Below, piece by piece: positions 10,190-21,303 of a stretch of DNA of 54,084 bases (positions within the stretch are counted from its first letter, which is position 1; every line of letters starts with the position of its first letter). The translations under genes were made by a program, and so were the position numbers. Origin of the DNA: Corallochytrium limacisporum Hawaii (Eukaryota > Protista > Pluriformea). The DNA is taken from the NCBI GenBank assembly GCA_002811645.1, contig PDIP01000084.1, positions 44,609 to 98,692 on the forward strand. The letters run 5' to 3'. The notes below the pieces were generated by a model. It saw only the letters and a list, made by a program, of their open reading frames with translations, did not search any database and was not told where the DNA came from.

Positions 10190-12422
10190 CCCCCTCCCAG
10201 CCTGTCCCTGTTGCCCTCTTCTTTTTTTTTGCAGCCGGTGCTTGGGAGAAAAAATTGGCACAGTGGGGTCAAATTTTACGGGTTCCACGCCTGTCATAGA
10301 AAATATACCGTATAGTAATGGACTTCCGCCCCAGATTTTGGTCCAGAGAGCAAGTTTTGCGAGGAGGGCAGGCAGATTTTTTGGGGATCCGCCCGCGTGC
10401 TGAGCTCGCTAACAGCACATGGACGGAAAACGGAACTCGGGAGTCCTTTGGTCCAATATTTGTCCGCATGTTCGGTATGGAATTCACGCCTGCTAGTAGG
10501 TATGGTGCCAATCTTAGGACCCGTCTTTGTGCGGTTCACTTCTGGGAGGGAGCGCCGCCCCTCTCGCACTCCGAAGCCAAGACCTGCGCAACCCGGCCAA
10601 GAGCATAAACAAACGGCCGCTACCATACCGGCTCCGTTGCTGACTTTGCTGAATTGCAGTATGTTTTCTATAAGAATTGTCGTCACGTTGATTACATCGC
10701 CGTGTGGGGAGGCAGTGGCATTTTCTCCGCTTGTGTGGTTGGGGTCGGGCAAGTTGACAAAGTCGGCTGCGCTCTCTTTATTTGCTGTCTCTCTACCCCA
10801 TTCCATCATACCCTCTCTAGCTACTTCCGTCGCCACGTATGACTTGCTCGACCTTTTTTTTTCCCGGTGGCCCTTGGTCCGTGTTACGGTACACTCTTAG
10901 TCCGTGCCCTTCCACCCATGTCTTTGTGACTGTTGCCCAGAGTGACTGAGGCGCATAACATCTTGTCTGGGCCCCGGTGTACTGAATCTGCCAGTTCCAA
11001 TGTTGTGCAGCCTAATCGAAGAAATTGAAGGAGGGCCCACCCGGGGGGGGGGAGGAGGAGGCAAAGAGGGAGGGCCTGTTCCACTTCCCCTGCCATTTTT
11101 TTTTGGTTCCGTAATTGGGCACTGGGTGGTATTGAAAGTACTGAGGTTCATTGGAAACGGTGTGGGTTGGTGGTTTTTTTGTCTTTAGGGAGATAAAAGA
11201 AGCGAGACGAGCTGTCAGCAGAAAAAAAATAGAGCTGGGTCCGTTCAGTATTTATCGTACCCGCACGATGAGCTCGATCAGTACCCTGTGTATGGCAAAA
11301 TCGGGTTATGGCATTGCGCCGAAGGAAAAAACTTGGACAAGGGGGGGGGGGTTCAGTGGGTTGCTCCTTTCGCCTCCTCACTATCGGCTAATGAGAACAG
11401 GGGAGTGGCAGGGATCGCCAAGGATCGACGTACCCGATAGGGGCCCGGGCACCACCAAGATAATGGAGACGAGGTTTGGACAATGCGAATAAAAGGAGAT
11501 AGAACGGGTGAAACCCCCTCGCAAACGAGAAAGACAAAAGGGGGGAGGGAGAGTGAAAAACTGAGGGCGAGAGTTGTGAATGTGGAAGACTTAACCCATC
11601 CGTGAGAGATATGGCTGGCCGTACAGGGGGGCAGTCACTCACACTCCCACACTAGGCCGGGTTTGCTGGGGGGGAGGGGGTGATTGAGCAGGGAAGGTGG
11701 TGGACACAGAGACCCGTACGGACGGCAGTGACCGGAAGGGCGAGAAGGTCCCCCCCCTGGCGGAGGGACTGCAAGGGATCATGCAGAGGTGCCGTCGCTC
11801 GCTCTTGCCGACTGCAAAAACGGACACCTCTCCATCTCCGATCGTGGGGAGGTTTGTTATTGCAAATATAGGCAGATTTGGTGAGTCCTTCGTCAAACTC
11901 TACCAACTTTGCGTGGAGCCGTGCTGACACTCCGGAACCATTGAGAGTTTCTTTTCGCGGAAGGCTGCTCTCTTTGACCCGCCTGCAAAAAAAAAAAGGA
12001 CTCGGCGGAAGAAAAGCAACGAGGACCTAGAGCGCCGCAGTACATTGGCTAGACGAATGTCCCGCTACTGGGTACATTTGACTTCCAGCGATATGGGTGG
12101 CTGCTGGCGGCCTTGTGCGGGAGGTGGATACGTTCACCTCTGGTGGGGGTGCCACCGCCAACTTTCTAGGAGAGCTGCCGTTTCGGATCTGATTGTTGCG
12201 TTAAGACCACTCAGAGGTTGCAGGCGGAATGAGTAACACCGATTGGAGGATAAATTTTCTTCGTTGACGACAGTTTTAACTCTATTCCGAGGACTGGTGC
12301 AGGTATATTAGGGATGATCAAACAGGGGTACAAGTTTATCCTACCTCAAGATTCATATCGGTATAAGTATGATCACACGAAGAAGTTAATCCATTATCAC
12401 TTAACTCCACCAATCTCCAGCC

Positions 12423-12608
12423 ATGTCCTCTCCTATCTCCTCGAACTTTGAAGAATACATGTGGATGGAACATGAAGATGAATTCGACATGGAAGTCCAA
12501 AACCGCCTGATGGAGAAGGCTGGCTTTGAGCCAATGCACAAAGACAAGGCATCCGCTGCCAGTCGCCTCAACCCGAACGCCCCTGTCTTCGTTCCACAGC
12601 AAAAATGA
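12423..12608 (+). CDS. PAIP2: PABP-interacting protein 2-like microprotein (61 aa): PAM1 core plus PAM2 motif
   Basis: NFEEYMWMEHEDEFDMEV resembles the human PAIP2 PAM1 core PFAEYMWMENEEEFNRQI (recalled). C-terminal SRLNPNAPVFVP is a canonical PAM2. Start context GCCATG; A-rich 3' flank. Confidence 0.88.
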   Translation: MSSPISSNFEEYMWMEHEDEFDMEVQNRLMEKAGFEPMHKDKASAASRLNPNAPVFVPQQK

Positions 12609-14452
12609 TTCTGCGCACTATGTGCAAACATTAATGAAGACATCTTGACCCGTGCAGTGCCTTGCACGTCGTTCAAACAGAGGATGGGTCTGCGCGAACT
12701 TTTGTCCACCCCTTTCAGTCACGAACTTGATCAACGCCACATTAACCTCATATCAACATCAAACATCAAATAGCGAAAAACATAATCTTTTCATTTATGA
12801 TTATTCATATCGTATTGTAAAGCAAAACAATAGCAATAAATATAGTAAAAGCAGACCTAGTACATCCACATACACGCATCTACAACATGAACTCCCCTAT
12901 CTGCACGCCAAGAGACTCCCCGTAGCGGATGTGCATCAACAGATGAAACTAGTTCATTGGACAGTTTCATACAAAAATTAAGAACAGAATCCACCATGTA
13001 ATAATCAACCGCCATCTACAGTCATGTCACACAATACCATGTCTGTCCACGGAGATAGATGGCGATTGCATACCAACAATGATGATCGACCAGAAGATTC
13101 TGGCGGCGGATCCCCCCCGTTTGGGTTCACCTCAGGCACTTCACTATACGAGCTGATCCCCATCCCCTTTTGAGTCACATCATTCCGCTTGTACTGGCCT
13201 ACGAGACCCTTAAGCAGGAGATACCACCCAACGGAACTTTAAAGACCTTACAGTAGAGAGAGTGCAAAATTTGGAAGTTCAAATACGATATACTCTCCTT
13301 TCGGCGTCTTTGAAATTGGACAATCTATTCGAAACCCTTCGGGTCTGGGGTTGCAAGGCGGTCCGGCTATTGGTCACAAGCTGAGGGCATGTGACAGTCG
13401 CACTTCTTGGAGGGTTCCGTGCGGTGGCCACTTTCCGGTACTGAACATACCGGACAAACGACCTCTCGAGGACCCCCATAGCGCAAAAGGTCCTCCGCAA
13501 TGCTGTCTCTATAATGTTCATGTCGACAAGGTTCCGGCTTGTATATGCAGTATATTTAATATACAATCTAATCTGTTGCAGGCAACTGTCTGCAGGAACT
13601 GCCTATCCCGAGTTCTTCACCTATTGGACCGATGGGTATCAGGGTTCGTCATCCTCTTTTTTCTCCGTCTATTGTCACGACATGTGAACCCCCCTACACG
13701 CTCTTGCAGAATTATAATGCGCCCAACAGGAGAAACACTTGTCCTCCACGGGCCACCGAGGCACACGCAGCAGACGGGTTTGTCAAGAAACTAAACGCGA
13801 ATATCTTTGGCGTGATAGTGCGTGAGCGCAGGTACAGATTGGCTATGGCTTCTGTTCCGCACAATCCGGCGCGAGCAGTAGGAGAGGGGGACCCAATGAA
13901 AGTGGCTGAAAGGGCGCCCACAAAACCACATACAAACGTATGTAGGATGCACGCACAGATCTATCAACTGTCCGCAACTTACGCACAGGGAAAAACACCG
14001 CCCCGTGGGGGAAGTCGAGAGCAGATTGGTCCGAGGGTGCGTGGCACAGGGTGGGCGAGTGCAGATATCGCGTGTCTTGTAAAAGTCGACAGAGATTATA
14101 TGGATTATGCCATGTCTATAATCCGGCAATATATCTATTCAAGGTTAGAGAAGTCCGCAAATAGCTCCCTTGGCTTCCATTATTGAAGGTAATTAAGCTC
14201 TGAACGACCTTTCTACGAATACGACGCGACTCGAAACCATAGCTTCGCAGAATACCGGTGGGTGATATAATTGTTGCGGGCAGTATGCGATCGTTAGTGA
14301 ATAGTCCCAAACCGAATCCTAACATGGCACACCCAACTCTGGCGTCTCAGATTATTGGCACGGTGAAACATGCTGTTCGTTTCGTTCAGAAGCCTTCCGA
14401 AAACATCCTGAGGTAAATAGGGGAGCATCAATAATCGTCGTACGCATCAATC

Positions 14453-15214
14453 ATGAAGGGCAAGTCTTCGATCCCGCCGCCTAGGTTTGGCAGCAAGAAG
14501 AGGTCCTCTACGGAAATCGCGGAAGCAGAAGAGGATCAGGTGCAGGTTCAGGAGCCTACGGTCATGGCGCAACCTGAACCAGTTGTAGAAAAGTTGTCCT
14601 CGGAACCAATAACGACAGCTGGACTTGAAGGGTCAGCGAAAGAAGGTCCCAAACAGAATACAGCTCTCCTGCTGGCCCAGAGATCCCTGCCCAATGTCCC
14701 CCTCTTCACTCGCCGATTAGAAACTCCAGAGCAAATTGCGGAATGGCGTGAAGAGCGCCGAAAGCGGTTCCCGCGCATGAAGAAAGCGGGCCACAATGTT
14801 GGGGCACAATCAGCTGCAACCAACAATCCACTTTTGGGTCTTATGAGTGGCTATGGAGATGATGAAGGTGACTCTGACTCGGATGCTGATGAAGCAACGG
14901 AAGCAGGGCCGAATGGCAAGTCATCGAATGGCGCACCCCAACCAAAACGGCGTCGCACTGGTCCGAAGCTGGCCCAACTCTGCCGCTACTTCCTATTGGG
15001 AAAATGTCACAAAGGTGACAGGTGCATCCATAGCCATGGTGAGACGAGTGGTGCTGCAATTCTGCACGCCTCACACGCCCCTGGAGGCAAAGGCTTTCTC
15101 ACAAAACTACTCGCCAAGGAAATTCTGCAGGACTACAACGTGATCCTGCAGTGTACGCGCTACATTGCTCAGCAGAACCTTTTTGAGGAGTCTACACACT
15201 GTAGTCAAACGTAG
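14453..15214 (+). CDS. NUFIP1: NUFIP1/Rsa1 box C/D snoRNP assembly factor with a CCCH zinc finger
   Basis: PEP motif LETPEQIAEWREERRKRFP, CCCH finger CRYFLLGKCHKGDRCIHSH, and C-terminal LLAKEILQDYNVILQCTRYIAQQNLF as in the NUFIP1 ZNHIT3-binding tail. Confidence 0.87.
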   Translation: MKGKSSIPPPRFGSKKRSSTEIAEAEEDQVQVQEPTVMAQPEPVVEKLSSEPITTAGLEGSAKEGPKQNTALLLAQRSLPNVPLFTRRLETPEQIAEWREERRKRFPRMKKAGHNVGAQSAATNNPLLGLMSGYGDDEGDSDSDADEATEAGPNGKSSNGAPQPKRRRTGPKLAQLCRYFLLGKCHKGDRCIHSHGETSGAAILHASHAPGGKGFLTKLLAKEILQDYNVILQCTRYIAQQNLFEESTHCSQT

Positions 15215-15404
15215 TTCGCATCAACACATATCCACATCCAAAAGTTCTCTTCAAGTTCGTGGTAGCATGGTATGGGGTATGTTTTGATACACAGTTCATT
15301 ACATGTTCAAGTAAACACATATATCCTATATTTGAAACTAGTTGAGTGGATGTTGTTCTCTAGATCTGGTATGTCATTGCAGTGGGAAGAATTCGATGTA
15401 AGAT

Positions 15405-16700
15405 TCATGATGAGACATCGGAAACCTCGGGCAGCTTGATGTTGCGATTAAGGGCATTGAAGGCATCGTATTTGGCCCGAGCTTCCCGCAGACGCAGTTC
15501 CGCATAGTCGCGGAGCAAAGCCTGCACTTCCTTAGTACGCTGTTGGTGGAACTCGTGAAGTTCAGAAATTGCTGCCTTCATAAACTTCTTATGCTTTTCA
15601 TGCAACTCCTCCAGGAGTTTGGTGCTTGACTCGATGTTCTTCTGAACCTGCTCCTTCTTGGCTTCCAACTTGGTCTTCTTGGCAAAGTCTTGGACTGGTC
15701 CTTCCAGTTGAGTGCTGACCCGTTCAAGCTCAAATTTTAGATCGTTAACGTACTTCTCTGCATCCTCTACCTCCTTTTGGTGCACTAGGTACCGCTTCCA
15801 CAAGCTGAGCATGCTGCGCATCATCATAACCTGCTCCTCATACTTTTCCACAAACTGCTGGGCCTCCGCTTCAATAAAGTCACTCTCCCGCTGGGCATTG
15901 GCCGCAATGAAAGTACCGACATGTTTCAGAGCCGCGGGCAGCACAGGATCCCCACCAATGCGTTCCCGTTCAATATCAGCCCAGTTCTGGAACCCCTTGC
16001 TCTGGTCACCAAGGCTGAGAAGAAGCAACGTTCGGATCTCCGTACTGTTATCAAAGGACTTGACCACGTCCTTCAGCAGCGCTTTCATCTTTTCGGCATA
16101 ATCGTGCATCTGTTCCATTCGTGGGTCAATGCGACTTGGTCGCGTTGCCGTAAGAGAGGACGGTGGCTTCGCCGGCAACTTGGGTGTGTACTCGGGGGCA
16201 CTTCTGATATTGGAATCTGTGTTTGTAGCATTGGTACCCAGAAACTCCTTGACACAGTCCAGTTCAAGGAGCTCGCTATGGTCTAGTACACGCCTCAGGA
16301 AACTCTCTAGAAGTCTCGCACGCTTGGCAATGAATTCAGGACTCTTAGCATCGAAAATTCGTGTTGTCAGAATGTCCGTGATTCCGTGCTTCGGAGGCAC
16401 CGGAGGAATGATACAGAAGGGTCGCTCGAAGGTCAGTTTTTGGTTGAGAGCATCAAATTCCCGGAATCGACGCCACACTTGGATCTTACCAGAGTCACTG
16501 CAGACCAAGTAGCAGATGTGACCGCCATCTGCCTTTTCTGTTTTGGTGATTGACACCTTGTACGCAGAGGGATCTTCCGCATAGGTGTCATTGTGTCCAT
16601 TATGAACATGCGGTGAGGGCTCCTTTCCTTTACCATTTCCATTGGCAGGTGTACTTGCCGCAGGATCAGTCGGGCTTGCTGCACCGTTGAATGCGTCCAT
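15405..16700 (-). CDS. PX-BAR sorting nexin (SNX4/SNX7/SNX30-like)
   Basis: PX domain VWRRFREFDALNQKL..CIIPPVPPK..EFIAKRARLLESFLRRVLDH followed by a helical coiled-coil BAR region. Confidence 0.9.
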   Translation of the reverse strand: MDAFNGAASPTDPAASTPANGNGKGKEPSPHVHNGHNDTYAEDPSAYKVSITKTEKADGGHICYLVCSDSGKIQVWRRFREFDALNQKLTFERPFCIIPPVPPKHGITDILTTRIFDAKSPEFIAKRARLLESFLRRVLDHSELLELDCVKEFLGTNATNTDSNIRSAPEYTPKLPAKPPSSLTATRPSRIDPRMEQMHDYAEKMKALLKDVVKSFDNSTEIRTLLLLSLGDQSKGFQNWADIERERIGGDPVLPAALKHVGTFIAANAQRESDFIEAEAQQFVEKYEEQVMMMRSMLSLWKRYLVHQKEVEDAEKYVNDLKFELERVSTQLEGPVQDFAKKTKLEAKKEQVQKNIESSTKLLEELHEKHKKFMKAAISELHEFHQQRTKEVQALLRDYAELRLREARAKYDAFNALNRNIKLPEVSDVSS

Positions 16701-16991
16701 GTTTTATCCGAGGTGATGTGCTATTTGGTCGCGACTTCTAGTCTACTTTTAGTACTCCATGCTACCACCGGTTCACAACTTTTAGTCTCTATCTCGCTTG
16801 GTCACGATGACCTATCTCCTGAGTCAAATTTTACTTCACTCATAGCGAGGTATAAATACCCCCACAACTCATGACAACACAAAGGAACTGATATGTACAC
16901 TCGCATGATATCAACCAACCCATCACCGTAAATCCTACCCTTGCGCTTCCTACCCGTACCCTGCACCACACTCATCCCCAAGCCCCCCCCC

Positions 16992-17052
16992 NNNNNNNNN
17001 NNNNNNNNNNNNNNNNNNNNNNNNNNNNNNNNNNNNNNNNNNNNNNNNNNNN
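16992..17052. other. Assembly gap (N run) after a poly-C tract in the divergent SNX/REV1 promoter
   Basis: Ns preceded by C9 (16983-16991). Confidence 0.99.
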
Positions 17053-17628
17053 CAGCTCTTCCCATTTCTGTTTTCTTGGCATTTTACCGGAAAGCACAAC
17101 CCAACGGAATTAAATGAACGCAAATTGCGGTTGAGAGGTAGGTCTGTACCCATACTAAATGTATGAGGAATTCAACCGGCAGACGCGGAAAGTGCTGCGC
17201 GGCCTTTTCGCAAGAGCGGTGATGAAATCGGGGGACTGAATCAAATCCGGCTGCCCCGTCAGAGGGTTACAGGGAAAGTGGAAGGTGACTGGAGGCCATC
17301 GACCAGTGGCGCTGATTTCCTTCAGTGCATAAGTTAACTATTGTTTAAGGTTGAATCGAAAAAACTTGAGGATGGACCTTAGCACTTTCGGTATCTGATT
17401 GAGAATGTTGCCATGTGAATCAGTAGTGAAGACACCGCGGAGCCGTTTCGTCTCATCGGCGCGAAAAATAAGACTGGAATGCGAGTGGGTCTCCCTGATC
17501 CGCTGGGTCGACCCCCGGTGAGCTCATGACCATCACTGCGCACTGGTCCAGGTTGCCTTCATCAGGGTACTTACGAGAAACTGCGCAACCTTTTCCGAGC
17601 CTTCCATTGCAGAATAAACTGTCAGACC

Positions 17629-17670
17629 ATGGATCTGAATAGATTTAGGCACAGTATGCTGGATTCATAG
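17629..17670 (+). promoter_or_regulatory. Candidate uORF (MDLNRFRHSMLDS*) upstream of REV1
   Basis: ACCATGG strong context; in frame with REV1; stops at TAG 39 nt before the REV1 ATG. TSS unknown. Confidence 0.45.
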
Positions 17671-17709
17671 AGCTGGTTGTGCGGGCAGTGAGCCCAGATC
17701 TGAATACAC

Positions 17710-20700
17710 ATGGAAGTTAAAGGGGTACAGGATTGCTCTGCGGTTGGCAAAGCAGTTTCGGAGTCCAAGCGGAAAAAGACAGCAGATGGTAAAGCACAGC
17801 TCAAGGCTCACGAAGATGAGTTTGCCTGGGATGGATGGGGCGAGTACATGAATGAGAAGCAACGGAAGCTTCGGGAGCAATACCGCCAAGATGCATCTGC
17901 TGCAGGGAGCGGCGTGCAGGAGGAAGTGCACAAATCTGAGATTTTCAGAGGTGTCAGCATCTTTATCAATGGCAGAACTCAGCCACCTGCACTAGAATTG
18001 AAGCGATTGATTGGGATCCATGGAGGTGCGTACGAGCACTATGACAATACCAACGCAACTGTGACACATACAATCGCCACCAATTTGCCAACGGCAAAAA
18101 TCCGCCAGTTGACAGGTAGAGAAAAGATTATGAAACCGGAGTGGATCACGGATAGTATTAAAGCCGGAAAGCTCTTGCCAGAGGATGGCTACCGACTATA
18201 TGTAAATATCGAAGGAAACCCACAGAAGAGTATCCTTAGCTTTGGGCAAAAGAGGAAGGCAGAGAACCCGCCGCCAGATGTCGATTCCCAAGTGAGCGAG
18301 TTCGTGCCGGAGACTCAGGAGAGTGAGGCCAACGACGCAAGTCAAACTAGTCCCAGATCTGAGGAACTGAATCGTGCCTTTGTTGAATACTATGAAATGA
18401 TCGGGACTGACATGCCGAAGACCCTTGCAAAACAGTCCAAAAGTCCGACACAGAAGACGGAATTGAGATCTGGGCACATCCATGGAGACCCGAATGATCC
18501 CGCTGGCTTCGCCATGGCGCGCATCAATACCATTGGCGATCCGAATTTCATCAAACACTACTACAACACTTCACGACTGTCGTTCTTGAGTCGATGGGGT
18601 GCCGAAGTGCGAAAAATTGCCAGTGATGCGTATGAGGAAAAACTACGGCGCAAACGCGAAGCCGGTGTAAAAGAGAAAATCAGTCAAGATTCCAATGAAG
18701 GCCGCTCACGATGGGTTGCTCATTTTGATATGGATTGTTTCTTTGCATCAGTTTACATTCGCGATCATCCTGAGCTGAAGGATAAGCCCGTGGCAGTGTG
18801 CCATTCTATAGGAGATCGCAAGAGAACTGCCACAAGGAGTGATGGTTTTGTATCAACGTCTGAAGTTGCTGCGTGCAATTACATCGCCAGATCCTTTGGT
18901 ATCGCCAACGGTGAATTTCTTGGTGGTGCCCGAGAAAAATGTCCTGAGCTGGTGACTGTCCCGTACGACTTCGATGGCTACCGGGAAACGTCCAAAGCCT
19001 TTTATCGAACCATCATCGAGTTTGCAGATGAGATTCAGGCCGTAAGTTGTGATGAGGCATTCATTGATCTCAGTGCAGCGGTAGCCGAGGCAATGAGCAA
19101 GCATGACAACGACCCCACAGTCCGCGAGGAACAAGTCGTTGCAGACGTAGTGAGAACTCTTCGAGAGCAGATCCACGAAGCTACAGGATGTCCATGTAGC
19201 GCAGGTATCGGTTCTTCCATGCTCATTGCCCGTCTTGCCACCAGGGAGGGAAAACCTGATGGACAGCATATCGTAACGCCATCTGAAGCCGCAGACTTCA
19301 TCGCTCCACGTAAAGTTAACGAGATTCCTGGAGTTGGTTGGCGATTCAACCGCAAATTCCGGGCATGGAATGTGGACACTATTGGAGATTTGCGTACCGT
19401 GAGTAAGGACAAGCTGCAAGAAGAGTTCGGTTTGAATCAAGGGCAAATTTTTTGGGAGATGGCCCGAGGTATCGACAAAAGACCGTTGAAGACCATTCAA
19501 GAGCGAAAGAGTGTCAGTGCTGAGATCAACTGGGGTGTTCGATTCACCGAGGACCACCAAGTTGAAAAGTTTCTGAGAGATCTCAGTGCTGAAGTAACTG
19601 AGCGACTCAATGATGTAAGACTTGCTGGTCGAAGTATGTGTCTACGCATTATGGCACGACGTATGGACGTTGTCCAATCGCACAAGTTTCTCGGTCACGG
19701 TTCCTGTGATGTGGTCACCCGAACCAAGCGTTTCATGAAGGCCGTCCGGGATGTGGACACGATTGCATCTTCTGCCATTCCCCTGTGGAAGGACATGAAA
19801 CTTCCTCCAAATCGAGTGCGTGGTGTAGGTATTCAGATCACGAAGCTTGAGAACCCTGAAGAGGAGATGAAGAAGGGCATCGGCAAGTGGATCAAGAGGA
19901 AGGACATTGCGGAAGCAGCTCCTGAGGCACCGGAGGCACCGGAGGCAACTGAAGCGTCGGAGGCCCCCAACAGTTTACAGCCTGTCCCATCCGAAGAAGA
20001 CAGCGAAGAACGAAAGAGATCTCCATTGAAGCAAAAGAAATTGCCCACTGCTCAGACCTTTACCTTTCCGACAGAGAGTCAAGTAGATATGGAGGTATGG
20101 GAACAGCTGCCGGACGATGTCAAGAAAGATGTGCTGCAGACGATGAAGAGATCGCGAAGAGAAGACAATGAAGGGGCATCATCAGCTGCTTTCATATGCG
20201 AAGAGAGCGGTGCTACAAGTACGGAAGCCCAGAACACCGACACGTACCAAGGTCCGTTTGCCAAGAAACAGAAGAAGGGCAAGCAAAGCTCTCTCTATAA
20301 CCACGTCCTACCCCAAGCTCTCATCGATGAATTTGCTGCAAGCAAGGGTGCAAAGTTGGATACTGAGCAGACACAGATACTGGCTCTCCTCAAGCAGGAA
20401 GGCATTGATAGGGATGTGTGGATGGGTCTTCCAGACGACATCAAGGCGGAGCTTCTGCAAGACATTCGCCAGCGTCATGGCTTGCTGGATCATGGCACCC
20501 GCGTCGGTGGTAATCAGCCATCGACGCGCACGGGACTGTCGACCAGTCCAAGCTGCCACCAACATCAGGCGGCAACCGGGCAGAATATAAAGGAAATCGC
20601 AGACAGTAATGAGGATGATGATCCGGGTTCGAACATCAGGTCCTCTATCCCCCCTGCACTTGGTAATGCGCGTGATCCCCAGGAAGTCCTCACTCTCATC

Positions 20701-20949
20701 CACCGCTGGACTCAAGAGGTGACAGAGCCCAACGCGGAAGAAATCGATGCCATCGTCACTTACATCAAGGCCTTGGTCATGCGCAAACAACTTGATGATG
20801 CAACTGTGGTCCTCAAACGTCTCCGTCGTTACGTCAACGTTATGGCAGACGACCGTCGCCTGCTCTGGCATGAAGCCTGCAATGTCGTGGTCGCGGCAGT
20901 CAACGATGAAGTTGCTCGGCAGTTCGAGGGCGCGACCCTCCTGATCTAA
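17710..20949 (+). CDS. REV1: Y-family translesion polymerase / deoxycytidyl transferase REV1
   Basis: N-terminal WDGWGEYMNEKQRKL, BRCT (IFRGVSIFINGRTQP..KPEWITDSIKAGKLL), N-digit YYNTSRLSFLSRW, catalytic HFDMDCFFASV and SCDEA, two UBMs (VWEQLPDDVK, VWMGLPDDIK), helical C-terminal domain. Confidence 0.98.
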   Translation: MEVKGVQDCSAVGKAVSESKRKKTADGKAQLKAHEDEFAWDGWGEYMNEKQRKLREQYRQDASAAGSGVQEEVHKSEIFRGVSIFINGRTQPPALELKRLIGIHGGAYEHYDNTNATVTHTIATNLPTAKIRQLTGREKIMKPEWITDSIKAGKLLPEDGYRLYVNIEGNPQKSILSFGQKRKAENPPPDVDSQVSEFVPETQESEANDASQTSPRSEELNRAFVEYYEMIGTDMPKTLAKQSKSPTQKTELRSGHIHGDPNDPAGFAMARINTIGDPNFIKHYYNTSRLSFLSRWGAEVRKIASDAYEEKLRRKREAGVKEKISQDSNEGRSRWVAHFDMDCFFASVYIRDHPELKDKPVAVCHSIGDRKRTATRSDGFVSTSEVAACNYIARSFGIANGEFLGGAREKCPELVTVPYDFDGYRETSKAFYRTIIEFADEIQAVSCDEAFIDLSAAVAEAMSKHDNDPTVREEQVVADVVRTLREQIHEATGCPCSAGIGSSMLIARLATREGKPDGQHIVTPSEAADFIAPRKVNEIPGVGWRFNRKFRAWNVDTIGDLRTVSKDKLQEEFGLNQGQIFWEMARGIDKRPLKTIQERKSVSAEINWGVRFTEDHQVEKFLRDLSAEVTERLNDVRLAGRSMCLRIMARRMDVVQSHKFLGHGSCDVVTRTKRFMKAVRDVDTIASSAIPLWKDMKLPPNRVRGVGIQITKLENPEEEMKKGIGKWIKRKDIAEAAPEAPEAPEATEASEAPNSLQPVPSEEDSEERKRSPLKQKKLPTAQTFTFPTESQVDMEVWEQLPDDVKKDVLQTMKRSRREDNEGASSAAFICEESGATSTEAQNTDTYQGPFAKKQKKGKQSSLYNHVLPQALIDEFAASKGAKLDTEQTQILALLKQEGIDRDVWMGLPDDIKAELLQDIRQRHGLLDHGTRVGGNQPSTRTGLSTSPSCHQHQAATGQNIKEIADSNEDDDPGSNIRSSIPPALGNARDPQEVLTLIHRWTQEVTEPNAEEIDAIVTYIKALVMRKQLDDATVVLKRLRRYVNVMADDRRLLWHEACNVVVAAVNDEVARQFEGATLLI
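19918..19968 (+). repeat. In-frame 9-nt tandem repeat encoding APEAPEAPEATEASEAP in the REV1 linker
   Basis: CCTGAGGCA CCGGAGGCA CCGGAGGCA ACTGAAGCG TCGGAGGCC. Confidence 0.8.
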
Positions 20950-21303
20950 GGAAGGGCGCCCTGCACAGAGCCCCCTCACCTGTCCCCTCCCCTCCTGGAC
21001 CGGTGATCACCGAACCGGAAAGAAAAGTTGAGGATCTTCTGACGTGGCCAACTGAAGCATAGAGCGGGCGGCCGCTGCTGGCCTTTTGCCCCCCCCCCTA
21101 TCCGTGGCCGCTCTCATGATTTGACCCGCCTCCGTCCCTACCATAGGGAGAAAGAGGGAGGGGCTCTGTTTTGGCATTTGTCATCCGTAATGGTGAACGG
21201 TGTTTCCTAACGGCCTCTCATTGTCGACAGGCAGGTGACGTGTACTATAAACGTATAAATTAAGCAGCTTAGCATAGACAGTGAATGAATCTGTTACGCT
21301 GAC

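Noticed and set aside
17219-17315. GTGATGA ... CTGA as a box C/D snoRNA
   Set aside because: No terminal stem and no recognisable rRNA/snRNA guide complementarity.
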